Shown here: piece after piece, positions 25,344 through 34,306 of the stretch
How positions within the stretch are numbered: the first letter of the stretch is position 1
Layout of the letters: each line of letters starts with the position of its first letter
Sequence record: KT919972.1
Direction: 5' to 3' (one strand)
Length of the DNA stretch: 64,000 bases
The notes under the pieces: generated by a model
Told to the model about the DNA's origin: nothing
Databases searched by the model: none
What the model saw: only the letters and a program-made list of their open reading frames with translations
Made by a program: the position numbers and the translations under genes

Positions 25344-26414
25344 ATGACTAGAATTAAATGGACACCTGAACGTCTTAAAGAAGATGCGTTGAAATACAAG
25401 ACTCGCCAAGAATGGAAGAAAATGTCATCTGGATACTCTGCTGCTCAGAGTAGGGGTATAATTGATGAGTGTTGTGGTCATATGACAATGCATCAAAAAC
25501 CTAAAGGGTATTGGACACTTGAACGTCTTAAAGAAGATGCGTTGAAATACAATACTAGAAGTGATTGGCAGAAAATGTCAGGCAGTGCTTATGATGCTGC
25601 TCATAAGAAAGGGTTGCTTGACAAGTGTTGTGGTCATATGAAGGCATCAACTAAAAACGCATTTTCTCGCTGTATATATCGAATCTATGCAGGTAATGAG
25701 ATTTACATTGGGTTGACTTACGATACTAAGCAACGCTTTAGTTCTCATCGAAAGAAAACAACTCAGGTCATAGACCTAATCGAACGTCATGGCATTGAAA
25801 ACGTCAAGTTCGAGCAATTGACTGAGTATATGAATCAAGAACTGGCGCAAATTGCAGAGAAAGAACACATTGAGTACTACAGAAACAATGGATGGATTAT
25901 TTTAAATCGTTCTAAAGCTGGTGCATTGGGGAGTTCAACATTAAAATGGACACCTGAACGTCTTAAAGAAGATGCGTTGAAATACAAGACAAGTTCTGAG
26001 TGGCGGAAAATGTCACCCAGTGCTTACGCTGCTGCTCATAAGAAAGGATTACTTGACGAGTGTTATGCTCATATGACAATGCATCAAAAACCTAATGGAT
26101 ATTGGACACTTGAACGTCTTAAAGAAGATGCATTGAAATATAAGACTCGCCGAGAATGGAGGGAAAACTCTAGCGGTTGTAGTAATGCTTATAACCAGGG
26201 TATAATTGATGAGTGCTGTGCTCATATGGAATTACAAAGAAAACCTAATGGATATTGGACACTTGAACGTCTTAAAGAAGATGCATTGAAATATAAGACT
26301 AGAAGTGATTGGCAGAAAAACTCTAGCGCGGCTTATTCTTCTGCTAATAGAAAGGGGTTTCTTGATGAGTGCTGTGCTCATATGACAAAGAACGCTCGTT
26401 GCAAGCGAAAATAA
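25344..26414 (+). CDS. GIY-YIG (Seg-like) free-standing endonuclease with five ~50-aa repeats
   Basis: CIYRI..IYIGLT..KQR..H..E..I..Y..LN core; 2 N-terminal and 3 C-terminal WT.ERLKEDALKY..C..HM repeats. Confidence 0.85.
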   Translation: MTRIKWTPERLKEDALKYKTRQEWKKMSSGYSAAQSRGIIDECCGHMTMHQKPKGYWTLERLKEDALKYNTRSDWQKMSGSAYDAAHKKGLLDKCCGHMKASTKNAFSRCIYRIYAGNEIYIGLTYDTKQRFSSHRKKTTQVIDLIERHGIENVKFEQLTEYMNQELAQIAEKEHIEYYRNNGWIILNRSKAGALGSSTLKWTPERLKEDALKYKTSSEWRKMSPSAYAAAHKKGLLDECYAHMTMHQKPNGYWTLERLKEDALKYKTRREWRENSSGCSNAYNQGIIDECCAHMELQRKPNGYWTLERLKEDALKYKTRSDWQKNSSAAYSSANRKGFLDECCAHMTKNARCKRK

Positions 26415-26417
26415 TTG

Positions 26418-26492
26418 AAGAAAAGGGTTGCGCTATGCAGCCCTTTTTAGTATTATAGCTTTATCGAAACGACAACGACTAAAGAGAATATT
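26418..26492 (+). promoter_or_regulatory. Terminator/promoter/leader cassette; right 31-bp direct repeat
   Basis: Same 31-mer as 25281; TTGCGC-17-TATTAT; ATCGAAACG leader. Confidence 0.85.
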
Positions 26493-26810
26493 ATGCAAAT
26501 CATCAACGAAACTAAGTCATTTACTGTTTCACGTCACCCGCGTGGTGGTATGCGCCATGAGCTTGATAAAAGCATGTACGCGAAGAACGGTAATGCTTTG
26601 TCTTCAGTTCGCATTTATCTAGCTGCTGAATATGGTATGATTGAAGGTCAAGACTACACAATTGACAGTGGTATGACTTATACACTGCTACGTATTGAGC
26701 GCATTAACGAGATTAATGCCAAGAATAATTTCTTTCAAGTCGGCGAATACTACGATTTAGACATCGATTTTGCTTCTAACACTGTACGTATGTACCAAGA
26801 TAAGGGATAA
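26493..26810 (+). CDS. Hypothetical protein
   Basis: First gene after cassette; 105 aa. Confidence 0.75.
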   Translation: MQIINETKSFTVSRHPRGGMRHELDKSMYAKNGNALSSVRIYLAAEYGMIEGQDYTIDSGMTYTLLRIERINEINAKNNFFQVGEYYDLDIDFASNTVRMYQDKG

Positions 26811-26814
26811 AACT

Positions 26815-27222
26815 ATGAAAATTCTACCAGATTTCCTTGATAACACTGAAATTCGCCGTGTAATTAGCGAAAAAGCACTGGAATTACGTCAAAATACCGC
26901 GATTTTAAGCGATGAAGACGCTTACACGTGTCATATTTTAGAAGATTTCGTTGCTGACACGCTTGGTGAACTGTGTCGCTTAAAGGCTATGCGTATCATT
27001 CAAGATAACGGTAATGCTTTCTGTGAGCATTTACAAGCTAACCCTGAAGCTGTATTTGGTCGTGAATTGACTTCAACTGAAGCTGAATATCTCAACGAGA
27101 TTTTTCAAAACAAGCTTAGTGCATTTGTACATAGCGTATCGCGTGTATTTGAAGATGCCGATGATATTGATTTTGTATTTGTGCGTAAAGCATGGTTAAA
27201 ATTCTTGATTAATTCACTATAA
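26815..27222 (+). CDS. YTC/FxH/RxxWL family protein, member 2
   Basis: ISEKALEL..AYTC..AFVH..RKAWLKFL. Confidence 0.75.
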   Translation: MKILPDFLDNTEIRRVISEKALELRQNTAILSDEDAYTCHILEDFVADTLGELCRLKAMRIIQDNGNAFCEHLQANPEAVFGRELTSTEAEYLNEIFQNKLSAFVHSVSRVFEDADDIDFVFVRKAWLKFLINSL

Positions 27223-27240
27223 AAGCAAAAAAAGTACAAA

Positions 27241-27308
27241 AAGTGGTTGCGTGATGTAGCCACTTACTGTATTATTCTCTTATCGAAACGAGATACAGAG
27301 AGAACATT
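27241..27308 (+). promoter_or_regulatory. Terminator/promoter/leader cassette
   Basis: AAGTGGTTGCG..TGTAGCCACTT hairpin; TTGCGT-17-TATTAT; ATCGAAACGAGATAC. Confidence 0.85.
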
Positions 27309-27482
27309 ATGACTTACGCAAACGCTACTAAAATCGACGCAATTGAACTTGTTATGTCAATGACAGAAGACCAGTTCTACGACCTTATTGCTGAATCAAA
27401 TGCAAATGATGATTACGCGTTTTCTGCAAAAGTCATGAAAGCTCAATCTGACTTACGTCGCGCTGGTAAAATTAACTACTAA
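27309..27482 (+). CDS. Hypothetical protein (57 aa)
   Basis: Begins at the cassette ATG. Confidence 0.65.
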   Translation: MTYANATKIDAIELVMSMTEDQFYDLIAESNANDDYAFSAKVMKAQSDLRRAGKINY

Positions 27483-27486
27483 GTGC

Positions 27487-27543
27487 TTGACACTTCCACC
27501 AGCAATAGCCGATAATAGCTTTATTGAAACGAGAGAGAACATT
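27487..27543 (+). promoter_or_regulatory. Early promoter with cassette leader
   Basis: TTGACA-18-GATAAT; GAAACGAGAGAGAACATT-ATG. Confidence 0.75.
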
Positions 27544-27795
27544 ATGAACTTAATCACACGCAGCAAAATCAATCACGATTCACTTTGGCTTAAAATCTTG
27601 ACTGCTGATAAGAGCGAAGTAAAGCTATTCATCGGTCGTACTGGTGTTAAAATCAGTCACAAAACGACTGCTGCTTCAGCTACTGTTATGCGTGAAATCG
27701 CGAACAACGTAAACAAAATGTTCAATGAGCTATACAAGAGTGGTTTGCCTTACGGTCAAATCATTGAGAAAATCGAAGCAGCTTACAAGGGATAA
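27544..27795 (+). CDS. Hypothetical protein
   Basis: 83 aa from the cassette ATG. Confidence 0.7.
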   Translation: MNLITRSKINHDSLWLKILTADKSEVKLFIGRTGVKISHKTTAASATVMREIANNVNKMFNELYKSGLPYGQIIEKIEAAYKG

Positions 27796-27798
27796 GAT

Positions 27799-28233
27799 AT
27801 GAGAGCAATTGAGAAATCAGAAATCATCAAAGAAATTCGCGCAATGGCTGCTGAAATGTCTAATGACAATGGCTTACTTGCAGACTCTTACGAGTATAGC
27901 TGTTGTATTGTCATTAATCGTGTTTCAGATTTGTTTGAAGCTCGATATGACTTGTCGAAAAGAGAAAAAGCAAGACTTTATGCACCATGTAATGAACATG
28001 TAGAAGAAGCAGGTCTTGAGTTTGTTAAAACTGTCATTGCAGACTCTTACGGTGTACTTGGTTTTATTCTACCAGAAGATACAATCGATGAACTACAAGA
28101 CGATTTTGATTGGGGTCTAGCAGGTGCTTTTGTACACGCGATTGCTCGTGCATACGGGCCGTTGAATAAAGAACATTTCGTAGCAGCACGTAAAGCATGG
28201 TTGAAATTCTTGTCACAGTACGAGGGAAAATAA
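27799..28233 (+). CDS. YTC/FxH/RxxWL family protein, member 3
   Basis: IRAMAAEM..YSCC..AFVH..RKAWLKFL. Confidence 0.75.
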   Translation: MRAIEKSEIIKEIRAMAAEMSNDNGLLADSYEYSCCIVINRVSDLFEARYDLSKREKARLYAPCNEHVEEAGLEFVKTVIADSYGVLGFILPEDTIDELQDDFDWGLAGAFVHAIARAYGPLNKEHFVAARKAWLKFLSQYEGK

Positions 28234-28234
28234 A

Positions 28235-28612
28235 ATGAATCTACATGAACGCATTCGCCAAGCCGCGACTGAATTACTTGAAGATGACATCACTTCAAAC
28301 ATCAATAGCTATACGTGCAATCGCATTGCCGATGATATTTCATCTAGTAGCATTTACACTCATTGCGAGGTTAAAGCAGTTATTCGTGAACTCGCTGAGT
28401 CGTTCTTATATGCTGTATTGCGTAAGCCAGTCGAAACACTTGGTTTTGAACCAGAAGAGGCAGCGCGTTCTGAACTAAAGTCTATCGTAGCTGATAAATT
28501 CTATTCGTCTGCTTTCATTCACGTGATTGCTATGCACGATAAAGACGTTGACTCAGAGTGTTTTGCAACAACTCGTAAAGCATGGCTGAAACATATCGTG
28601 GAGAATGTGTAA
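28235..28612 (+). CDS. YTC/FxH/RxxWL family protein, member 4
   Basis: IRQAATELL..YTC..AFIH..RKAWLKHI. Confidence 0.75.
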   Translation: MNLHERIRQAATELLEDDITSNINSYTCNRIADDISSSSIYTHCEVKAVIRELAESFLYAVLRKPVETLGFEPEEAARSELKSIVADKFYSSAFIHVIAMHDKDVDSECFATTRKAWLKHIVENV

Positions 28613-29034
28613 TGAAACATCTAAGTGAAATCAAAGTAGCTGCCGCTGAACTGCTAGAAGATGGTGATATTTTAACTGATATGTACGGCTATACGTGTAA
28701 TGAAATTGCGTTTCTTGTACGTTCTACAAAAGATGTAATGGAAAAATATTCGTCTTACGTTGACGTGAAAACCACGTTATCCGAGATTGCAGCCCCATTT
28801 GTTAAGCGAGTTTATGACAACGCAGTACAAGGCAAAATCGACTTGTCTGAAGCAGCAATGTCTAAGCTCAAAGCATGTCTAAACGTCGATTATTACCGCG
28901 GTACGTTTATTCATGATATTGCAATTAAAGACGATGGTAAAATTGACATTGAGTTATTTACTGAATATCGTCGCCAATGGCTAGAGTTTATCTTGACTCA
29001 ACCAAGCGAATACGAGAACCGTAGAAATGCTTAG
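28612..29034 (+). CDS. YTC/FxH/RxxWL family protein, member 5
   Basis: IKVAAAELL..YTC..TFIH..RRQWLEFI. Confidence 0.75.
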   Translation: MKHLSEIKVAAAELLEDGDILTDMYGYTCNEIAFLVRSTKDVMEKYSSYVDVKTTLSEIAAPFVKRVYDNAVQGKIDLSEAAMSKLKACLNVDYYRGTFIHDIAIKDDGKIDIELFTEYRRQWLEFILTQPSEYENRRNA

Positions 29035-29509
29035 TCTAGATGAACGGCTTGGTATTCTCGATGAGATACTAAGCTCTAAAACACCAGATGAGATACTAGC
29101 TGAATTGCATTCGTATCCCGCCATTGGTCCAACTGTAGAAGAATTCACAGAGAATTTCCCTATGACGTTACAAGAACATATCAAAGCGGCTGCTGAGAAT
29201 CTACTCGCTGAATCGAAAACTGACAGTACAGTGTTAAACGATTACACTTGTTGCCAGATTGCTGAAACCTTGTTTAATGACAAGCGTAATGCACATGAGC
29301 TTAGAACAACATACGAAGAACTGGATAAAATCAAAGTACCATTCTTAGATTCGCTTGATATTCCGCCTCAAGACAAAAAAGCTGCAAGTCATTTGTCTGC
29401 ATTCTTGAGCTTTATTACAAGGGATGACAAGTCGAAATTGCATGAGTATCGTGTACAATGGTTGGAATTTATCATCGCCAATATAGAGGTATCAAATGAC
29501 TTTAACTGA
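29027..29509 (+). CDS. YTC/RxxWL family protein, member 6 (N-terminal extension)
   Basis: IKAAAENLL..YTCC..AFLS..RVQWLEFI. Confidence 0.75.
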   Translation: MLSLDERLGILDEILSSKTPDEILAELHSYPAIGPTVEEFTENFPMTLQEHIKAAAENLLAESKTDSTVLNDYTCCQIAETLFNDKRNAHELRTTYEELDKIKVPFLDSLDIPPQDKKAASHLSAFLSFITRDDKSKLHEYRVQWLEFIIANIEVSNDFN

Positions 29510-29846
29510 ACTAGCAGTAGATCATCCGTATTACTGTGCCGATTGTAATTACTATAGTAACGAGTCGGGTGGCGTATTTGAAACAATGACAGAGTTTTTA
29601 GACGAGTTTGAAGGCGCTGACGTTGACATGAACTTGGTATTCCGTTGGGATGTGAAGCCGAACTTGTCTGAAGAAGATGAAACACCGCTTGATACGTACT
29701 ACGCCGAGATCTTTATGATGCATCAACGTAAAGGTATTTTCGCTCCGTTCTTCATTCGTTCTATTACTGAAGACGAAGTACCACGCTTTGTCGAGTACTT
29801 GAAAGAACATCATCAAACACTACAACAACTATGGCAGCCACTATGA
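29496..29846 (+). CDS. Conserved acidic phage hypothetical protein
   Basis: DHPYYC..D.DMNLVFRWD..QRKG. Confidence 0.75.
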   Translation: MTLTELAVDHPYYCADCNYYSNESGGVFETMTEFLDEFEGADVDMNLVFRWDVKPNLSEEDETPLDTYYAEIFMMHQRKGIFAPFFIRSITEDEVPRFVEYLKEHHQTLQQLWQPL

Positions 29847-30085
29847 TCATTAATATTATAGCGTTTTATCTACTCGTTGCACTTGGTGCTTATCTGTATA
29901 TTGCTGGTGGTGATTATGCCATGTACAAGCTCAAAGGCAAGTTAGATCACAAGTTCCCGATTACATCAATCGAAACTCATAAGTGTATTGCGTTCTTTAG
30001 TTTAATCTGGTTCGCACTTGTGCTATTCTTTATCAGAGACCGTATGCTTGATATGGTCAACTATTTCACGGGAAATAAAAAATGA
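29843..30085 (+). CDS. Membrane protein
   Basis: Two hydrophobic segments. Confidence 0.65.
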   Translation: MIINIIAFYLLVALGAYLYIAGGDYAMYKLKGKLDHKFPITSIETHKCIAFFSLIWFALVLFFIRDRMLDMVNYFTGNKK

Positions 30086-30303
30086 AAGATTTAATTGTAG
30101 GTATTGCGACTGTTTTCGTAGTCGCGTTTATGGCGATTGTTGGGGTTATCTGGTCGATAATTGAATTTCTCGTCGGGCTGGTGGTACTATTAGGTGCTGT
30201 CATTATCGGCATTGTTGCGACTGTACTCGGGGCGTTTCTAGCAGCAATTACATGGCCATTCGTTGAAGCTCATAAAGCTTTCAAACGTAAGAACAATGAT
30301 TAA
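30082..30303 (+). CDS. Membrane protein
   Basis: Long hydrophobic stretch; 73 aa. Confidence 0.65.
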   Translation: MKDLIVGIATVFVVAFMAIVGVIWSIIEFLVGLVVLLGAVIIGIVATVLGAFLAAITWPFVEAHKAFKRKNND

Positions 30304-30769
30304 TCTAAGATCATTGCTTGCTAGAGTCAAACAAGAGCGTGATGGTCCTGTATTCGATGAATGTCGATGTACTGTATGTCATAAAGACTTTACAGTTGCA
30401 GATTGTATTCATGATTACGGGCATCACGACGGTTGGGAAATGCCACCTTATACTGAAATTCAATGCCCTGAGTGTGAATGTGGTGGTTGTATTGAAGATT
30501 TCTGGTCGAGTGAAAAAGCAATTATTGAACATGGTGAATATCTACGCGAACATAAACCATGTCAATTTGAAGAATACAAGACGTACTTCCCAGACGTGTA
30601 TTGCAAAACGCTAACGGTAGTAAAGAGCCGTGTCGAGTCAGAACCACGCGAGTTAGTTCACCTTGAATATGAAACAGGGGAGCCAGTGATGCTTCACAGC
30701 ATTGATGTTGAAGAAGAGCTTGCACGCATTCTAACAGAAGAGGTTAGAAATGAAACTCAAAAAGGGTAG
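30296..30769 (+). CDS. Zn-finger hypothetical protein
   Basis: CTVC and CPEC motifs. Confidence 0.7.
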   Translation: MINLRSLLARVKQERDGPVFDECRCTVCHKDFTVADCIHDYGHHDGWEMPPYTEIQCPECECGGCIEDFWSSEKAIIEHGEYLREHKPCQFEEYKTYFPDVYCKTLTVVKSRVESEPRELVHLEYETGEPVMLHSIDVEEELARILTEEVRNETQKG

Positions 30770-30956
30770 TGTTTTAGAAGAGACTTTGCTCGGCGATGCG
30801 TTCAACTATGAAATTGTCTCGCCAGTGACGGTTCGGAAAGACAAGTATTCATTTGTAATGCAAGTTATAAGTGTAGCTGGTAAGAAGATCGTTAATGGTT
30901 ATCGTGCAAACATGACCATTCACAAAACGTCTAGTCGATTTAAAGTAATAAAGTGA
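30750..30956 (+). CDS. Hypothetical protein
   Basis: 68 aa; GAGG RBS. Confidence 0.6.
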   Translation: MKLKKGSVLEETLLGDAFNYEIVSPVTVRKDKYSFVMQVISVAGKKIVNGYRANMTIHKTSSRFKVIK

Positions 30957-30963
30957 GAAGCAA

Positions 30964-31542
30964 ATGTATAATGGTAATATGAACACTCCCGCGGGAATAG
31001 ACTTAGACAAGCGTTCAGAATCGTACGAGGATTTCCTACTGAAGAGTAATGACAACTCTGAATATTCCCGTCGTGTAAAGCGAAACGAGCAAAGCGAGGT
31101 TATTAACATGATTTACCGTTTCTGGCAAACATCAAATGATATCTGTCTTATTGAAATGACAGACGACCATGCCAACGAAGGCAAACGAGCGTATATGACT
31201 GACATGAATGATCTATACAAAGAAGAACATGGTCGTTATATTCTTCTCGGTCATATTCACGCGTGGGGTACTATTGACTTTAGTACTTACGATATTCGCG
31301 AGTTACGTTGTCTCGGTTCTATTGAAACACAAGACCTGACTTTATCAGCTCAAGATAAATCTATCTTACAGCGTTGTATTGATAAAGAAGGTTTTGATTA
31401 CGCCATGTTCGATTACAGTGATTATCACACTGTCGAGCGCAATCGAGTTCACTCTAAAGATTTTCATGCACTGAGAAACAATCTAGTCAATGCTAAACGT
31501 GAACTTGAAACATGGTTATCTATGCAAGGGGTCGAGTTATGA
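30964..31542 (+). CDS. Hypothetical protein
   Basis: 192 aa. Confidence 0.7.
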   Translation: MYNGNMNTPAGIDLDKRSESYEDFLLKSNDNSEYSRRVKRNEQSEVINMIYRFWQTSNDICLIEMTDDHANEGKRAYMTDMNDLYKEEHGRYILLGHIHAWGTIDFSTYDIRELRCLGSIETQDLTLSAQDKSILQRCIDKEGFDYAMFDYSDYHTVERNRVHSKDFHALRNNLVNAKRELETWLSMQGVEL

Positions 31543-31724
31543 AAGTAGGTGACGTTGTTAAAGTCTCTGCTGCGCCAGCTAGTCGTTATCACAATATCGA
31601 CGGTCAGCCAGTGACTATAATTGCTATTACTGAACATGATAACAAGCCGTTATATGTGTTCTTTCATGGTGGTCAGAACGGGACTGGTTATGGGGCAATG
31701 TTAGAGCACGGGTTTAAACGATGA
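31539..31724 (+). CDS. KOW/SH3-like small protein
   Basis: MKVGDVVKV N-terminus. Confidence 0.65.
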   Translation: MKVGDVVKVSAAPASRYHNIDGQPVTIIAITEHDNKPLYVFFHGGQNGTGYGAMLEHGFKR

Positions 31725-31872
31725 ACAAAATGTATGCCGTTCGTTCTTCTCTATACGGGTTGTTATGGAAAGTCGTTATATTCTCAGACAACTACGACCG
31801 AAGAACTGTTTCATATCATTTCACTTACAACGGGGCTTATGAGTTATGTCGTAAGCTAAACGAGGAAAGACA

Positions 31873-32193
31873 ATGAGCCAGATGGAATATAACAAAGGTG
31901 TATTGACACCAGTTCATAAATCTATTGAAGAACTAGCTGAAGAACTAGTGACAGATTTACCAGGTTTCTACGATTCTAAAGTTGAATATCTACGTGATAA
32001 CGCTTGTGAGTTTGGGTTGGAGTTTATTTTAGACAAGCCTTACACTGTCACGTTCTCGCATGAGCGCGAAGAACTGTGTCATATTGCCAATGCTGACGTT
32101 CAAGAGAACGGTGATATTCATTTCGAGACGTATCACTATAACGGTGGTGCTCATTGGACTGAAGTAGTAGAAGGGGCATTGCGTGAAAGTTGA
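31873..32193 (+). CDS. Acidic hypothetical protein
   Basis: GAGGA RBS; YHYNGG motif. Confidence 0.7.
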   Translation: MSQMEYNKGVLTPVHKSIEELAEELVTDLPGFYDSKVEYLRDNACEFGLEFILDKPYTVTFSHEREELCHIANADVQENGDIHFETYHYNGGAHWTEVVEGALRES

Positions 32194-33097
32194 TTCAGTA
32201 GACAAGATTGCCATGTACATGTCGATGGTGAGTAAAAACCCTTTTCGATACAAGGGTAATTTGTACGTCCCTAAGACGATGCGCATTCAAGAGAACATAC
32301 GCAAGGGATTTTTATGTCCAGCGTCTTGTGGTTCATGTTGTGGTCGTTGGAGTTTAGATTATCTACCAAATGACTATCTCGATGAACATGACACGCATGG
32401 TGTAGAGACACGAGCTCCGTTAGAAACTCAATCTGATTTATACGAAAAGCGTGTAATCAATGTCAACGGAAAAGACGTAGTTTTACTTTCTGATACTCAA
32501 GAAAAAGATTACACGAATCGAACCTTAAAGCCGAATGCATGTCGTAATGTCAGTATGACAGGTCGTTGTGATATTCACAATTTCGTATTACAAGGTGATT
32601 ATGGTCAACCGTTCTCATGTGATTTCGAAATCATACGTTTCATCTCACCTGCGGGTCATGCTCAAGGTCATGTAACAGAGAAGCAATTCAAAGAGGGTAT
32701 TAGATACTCGATTGGTCGTATTACAACTGATCTGTATGCCAATGACCGTCATATGCGCGACGTACATGGCAAATGGCGTGAAATGAAGAGCTTGTCACAC
32801 CCTGATTTCATCGATGTTAAACATGTTGATTTACCTGGCCCTAAGTGTAAACTAACTGACGTAGATGAAGACAGCGTTGCCGATGCGATTCGTAAGTTTC
32901 GTCGTCTACAAGTATGGAGTGATTACTTCGGTATTGAGACGTGGTTAGATGAGATAATCGACTGGCTTGAAACAAAGAAATTCGGTTCGTTTGTTGTTAA
33001 TGCACAACCACAGACGAAATACAAAGAATCAGATACTGGTTATACGAATATGAAGGCGTATAATCTAAGTGATTACGAGAAGAATGAAGATAAGTGA
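32183..33097 (+). CDS. YkgJ-like (CxxxCxxCC) Fe-S/Zn cluster protein
   Basis: CPASCGSCC, C..GRCDIH, PFSCDF. Confidence 0.65.
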   Translation: MKVDSVDKIAMYMSMVSKNPFRYKGNLYVPKTMRIQENIRKGFLCPASCGSCCGRWSLDYLPNDYLDEHDTHGVETRAPLETQSDLYEKRVINVNGKDVVLLSDTQEKDYTNRTLKPNACRNVSMTGRCDIHNFVLQGDYGQPFSCDFEIIRFISPAGHAQGHVTEKQFKEGIRYSIGRITTDLYANDRHMRDVHGKWREMKSLSHPDFIDVKHVDLPGPKCKLTDVDEDSVADAIRKFRRLQVWSDYFGIETWLDEIIDWLETKKFGSFVVNAQPQTKYKESDTGYTNMKAYNLSDYEKNEDK

Positions 33098-33380
33098 ATT
33101 TATAGCAACGCCGTATGTACGTTCTAGACTATCGTTGGTGGACAAATACGGTGATGTGATTGTCAAGTGTGGTAGTGAATGGCATATGAATCAAGTTGAG
33201 AAAATGCTATTGGAAAATGCTAGCCTAAAAGAAGCTCTTGGTAATACACTTACGCACATTGAACAGCTAGAAAACAGCATGGCGCGAATGGGTGTTGATG
33301 AAGTCGTACACGAAGATTTACCACGCGATTTACCAGAGTGGGATTTTCAAGAGTACGTGAGGTTGAGCAATGATTCTTGA
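33084..33380 (+). CDS. Hypothetical protein
   Basis: 98 aa, coiled segment. Confidence 0.65.
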   Translation: MKISEFIATPYVRSRLSLVDKYGDVIVKCGSEWHMNQVEKMLLENASLKEALGNTLTHIEQLENSMARMGVDEVVHEDLPRDLPEWDFQEYVRLSNDS

Positions 33381-33422
33381 GTTTATTGCGCATACGCAGG
33401 GAACTATATCGGTGATTATCTA

Positions 33423-33728
33423 ATGAGAATAGTTGAATTGGAAAAACAGATGTTATCACTCCAGAAAGAGATTGACGAAGAGCGTGATAAATGTCGTCAT
33501 ACAAGAGTCACGTATACTATTGGTTCAAATGACAGTGGTGATTGGCGTGATGTTCGTTGTATTGACTGCAAGACCGTACATCGTTTCTACTCTCATGTTG
33601 ATATATTAAACTATCATATGCAACGTGAGATTGGTAGTGATTTGAGTATTGAAGAAGAGAAGTACAAAATCTACTTGCAAGTTAAAGCAGCGATTGACGG
33701 TGAGCCAGTTCCACCATATCCATATTAA
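33423..33728 (+). CDS. CxH...CxxC protein (paralog of 34307-34609)
   Basis: ERDKCRHTRV..VRCIDC. Confidence 0.75.
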   Translation: MRIVELEKQMLSLQKEIDEERDKCRHTRVTYTIGSNDSGDWRDVRCIDCKTVHRFYSHVDILNYHMQREIGSDLSIEEEKYKIYLQVKAAIDGEPVPPYPY

Positions 33729-33736
33729 GGACTAAC

Positions 33737-34306
33737 ATGGCAAAACTTTACTACAATTATTCCGCTATGAACGCGGGCAAATCTGCACAGCTATTACAAG
33801 CTGCTCATAACTATGAACAGACTGGTTCTACTGTGTGGTATTTTAACTACTATCAAGACAATCGTTTTGGTGGAACTGGTAAGATCTCAAGTCGTATTGG
33901 CTTAGAGCATGATGCAGTATTGTACTCTGAGGACTTCGACTTCATTGACTATGCGTTATTTGAACTAGTTCCTGCTGCGATTTTCGTTGACGAATGTCAG
34001 TTTCTAACTGAGAAACAAGTACTTCAGCTTGCTACTCTGGTTGATCAGTACAACATACCAGTGCTTTGTTATGGCATACGTAATGATTACATGGGTAATT
34101 TGTTTGCGGGGTCTGCTGCGTTGATGTGTCATGCCGATGAGATTCGCGAAATCAAAGCAATGTGTTCAGTTGATGGTTGTCATAAGAAAGCAACTCATAT
34201 TGGCTTGTACATCGATGGTGAGCGCGTAACAGAAGGCGAGCAGACACATATCGGTGATACTGATTACCGTAGTATGTGTCGTAAGCATTTTCTAAAGGGG
34301 ATTTAG
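33737..34306 (+). CDS. tk: Thymidine kinase (type II)
   Basis: YSAMNAGKS, SRIG, FVDECQFL, CYGIRNDY, F.GS..L..AD, C..C and C..H Zn site. Confidence 0.95.
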   Translation: MAKLYYNYSAMNAGKSAQLLQAAHNYEQTGSTVWYFNYYQDNRFGGTGKISSRIGLEHDAVLYSEDFDFIDYALFELVPAAIFVDECQFLTEKQVLQLATLVDQYNIPVLCYGIRNDYMGNLFAGSAALMCHADEIREIKAMCSVDGCHKKATHIGLYIDGERVTEGEQTHIGDTDYRSMCRKHFLKGI

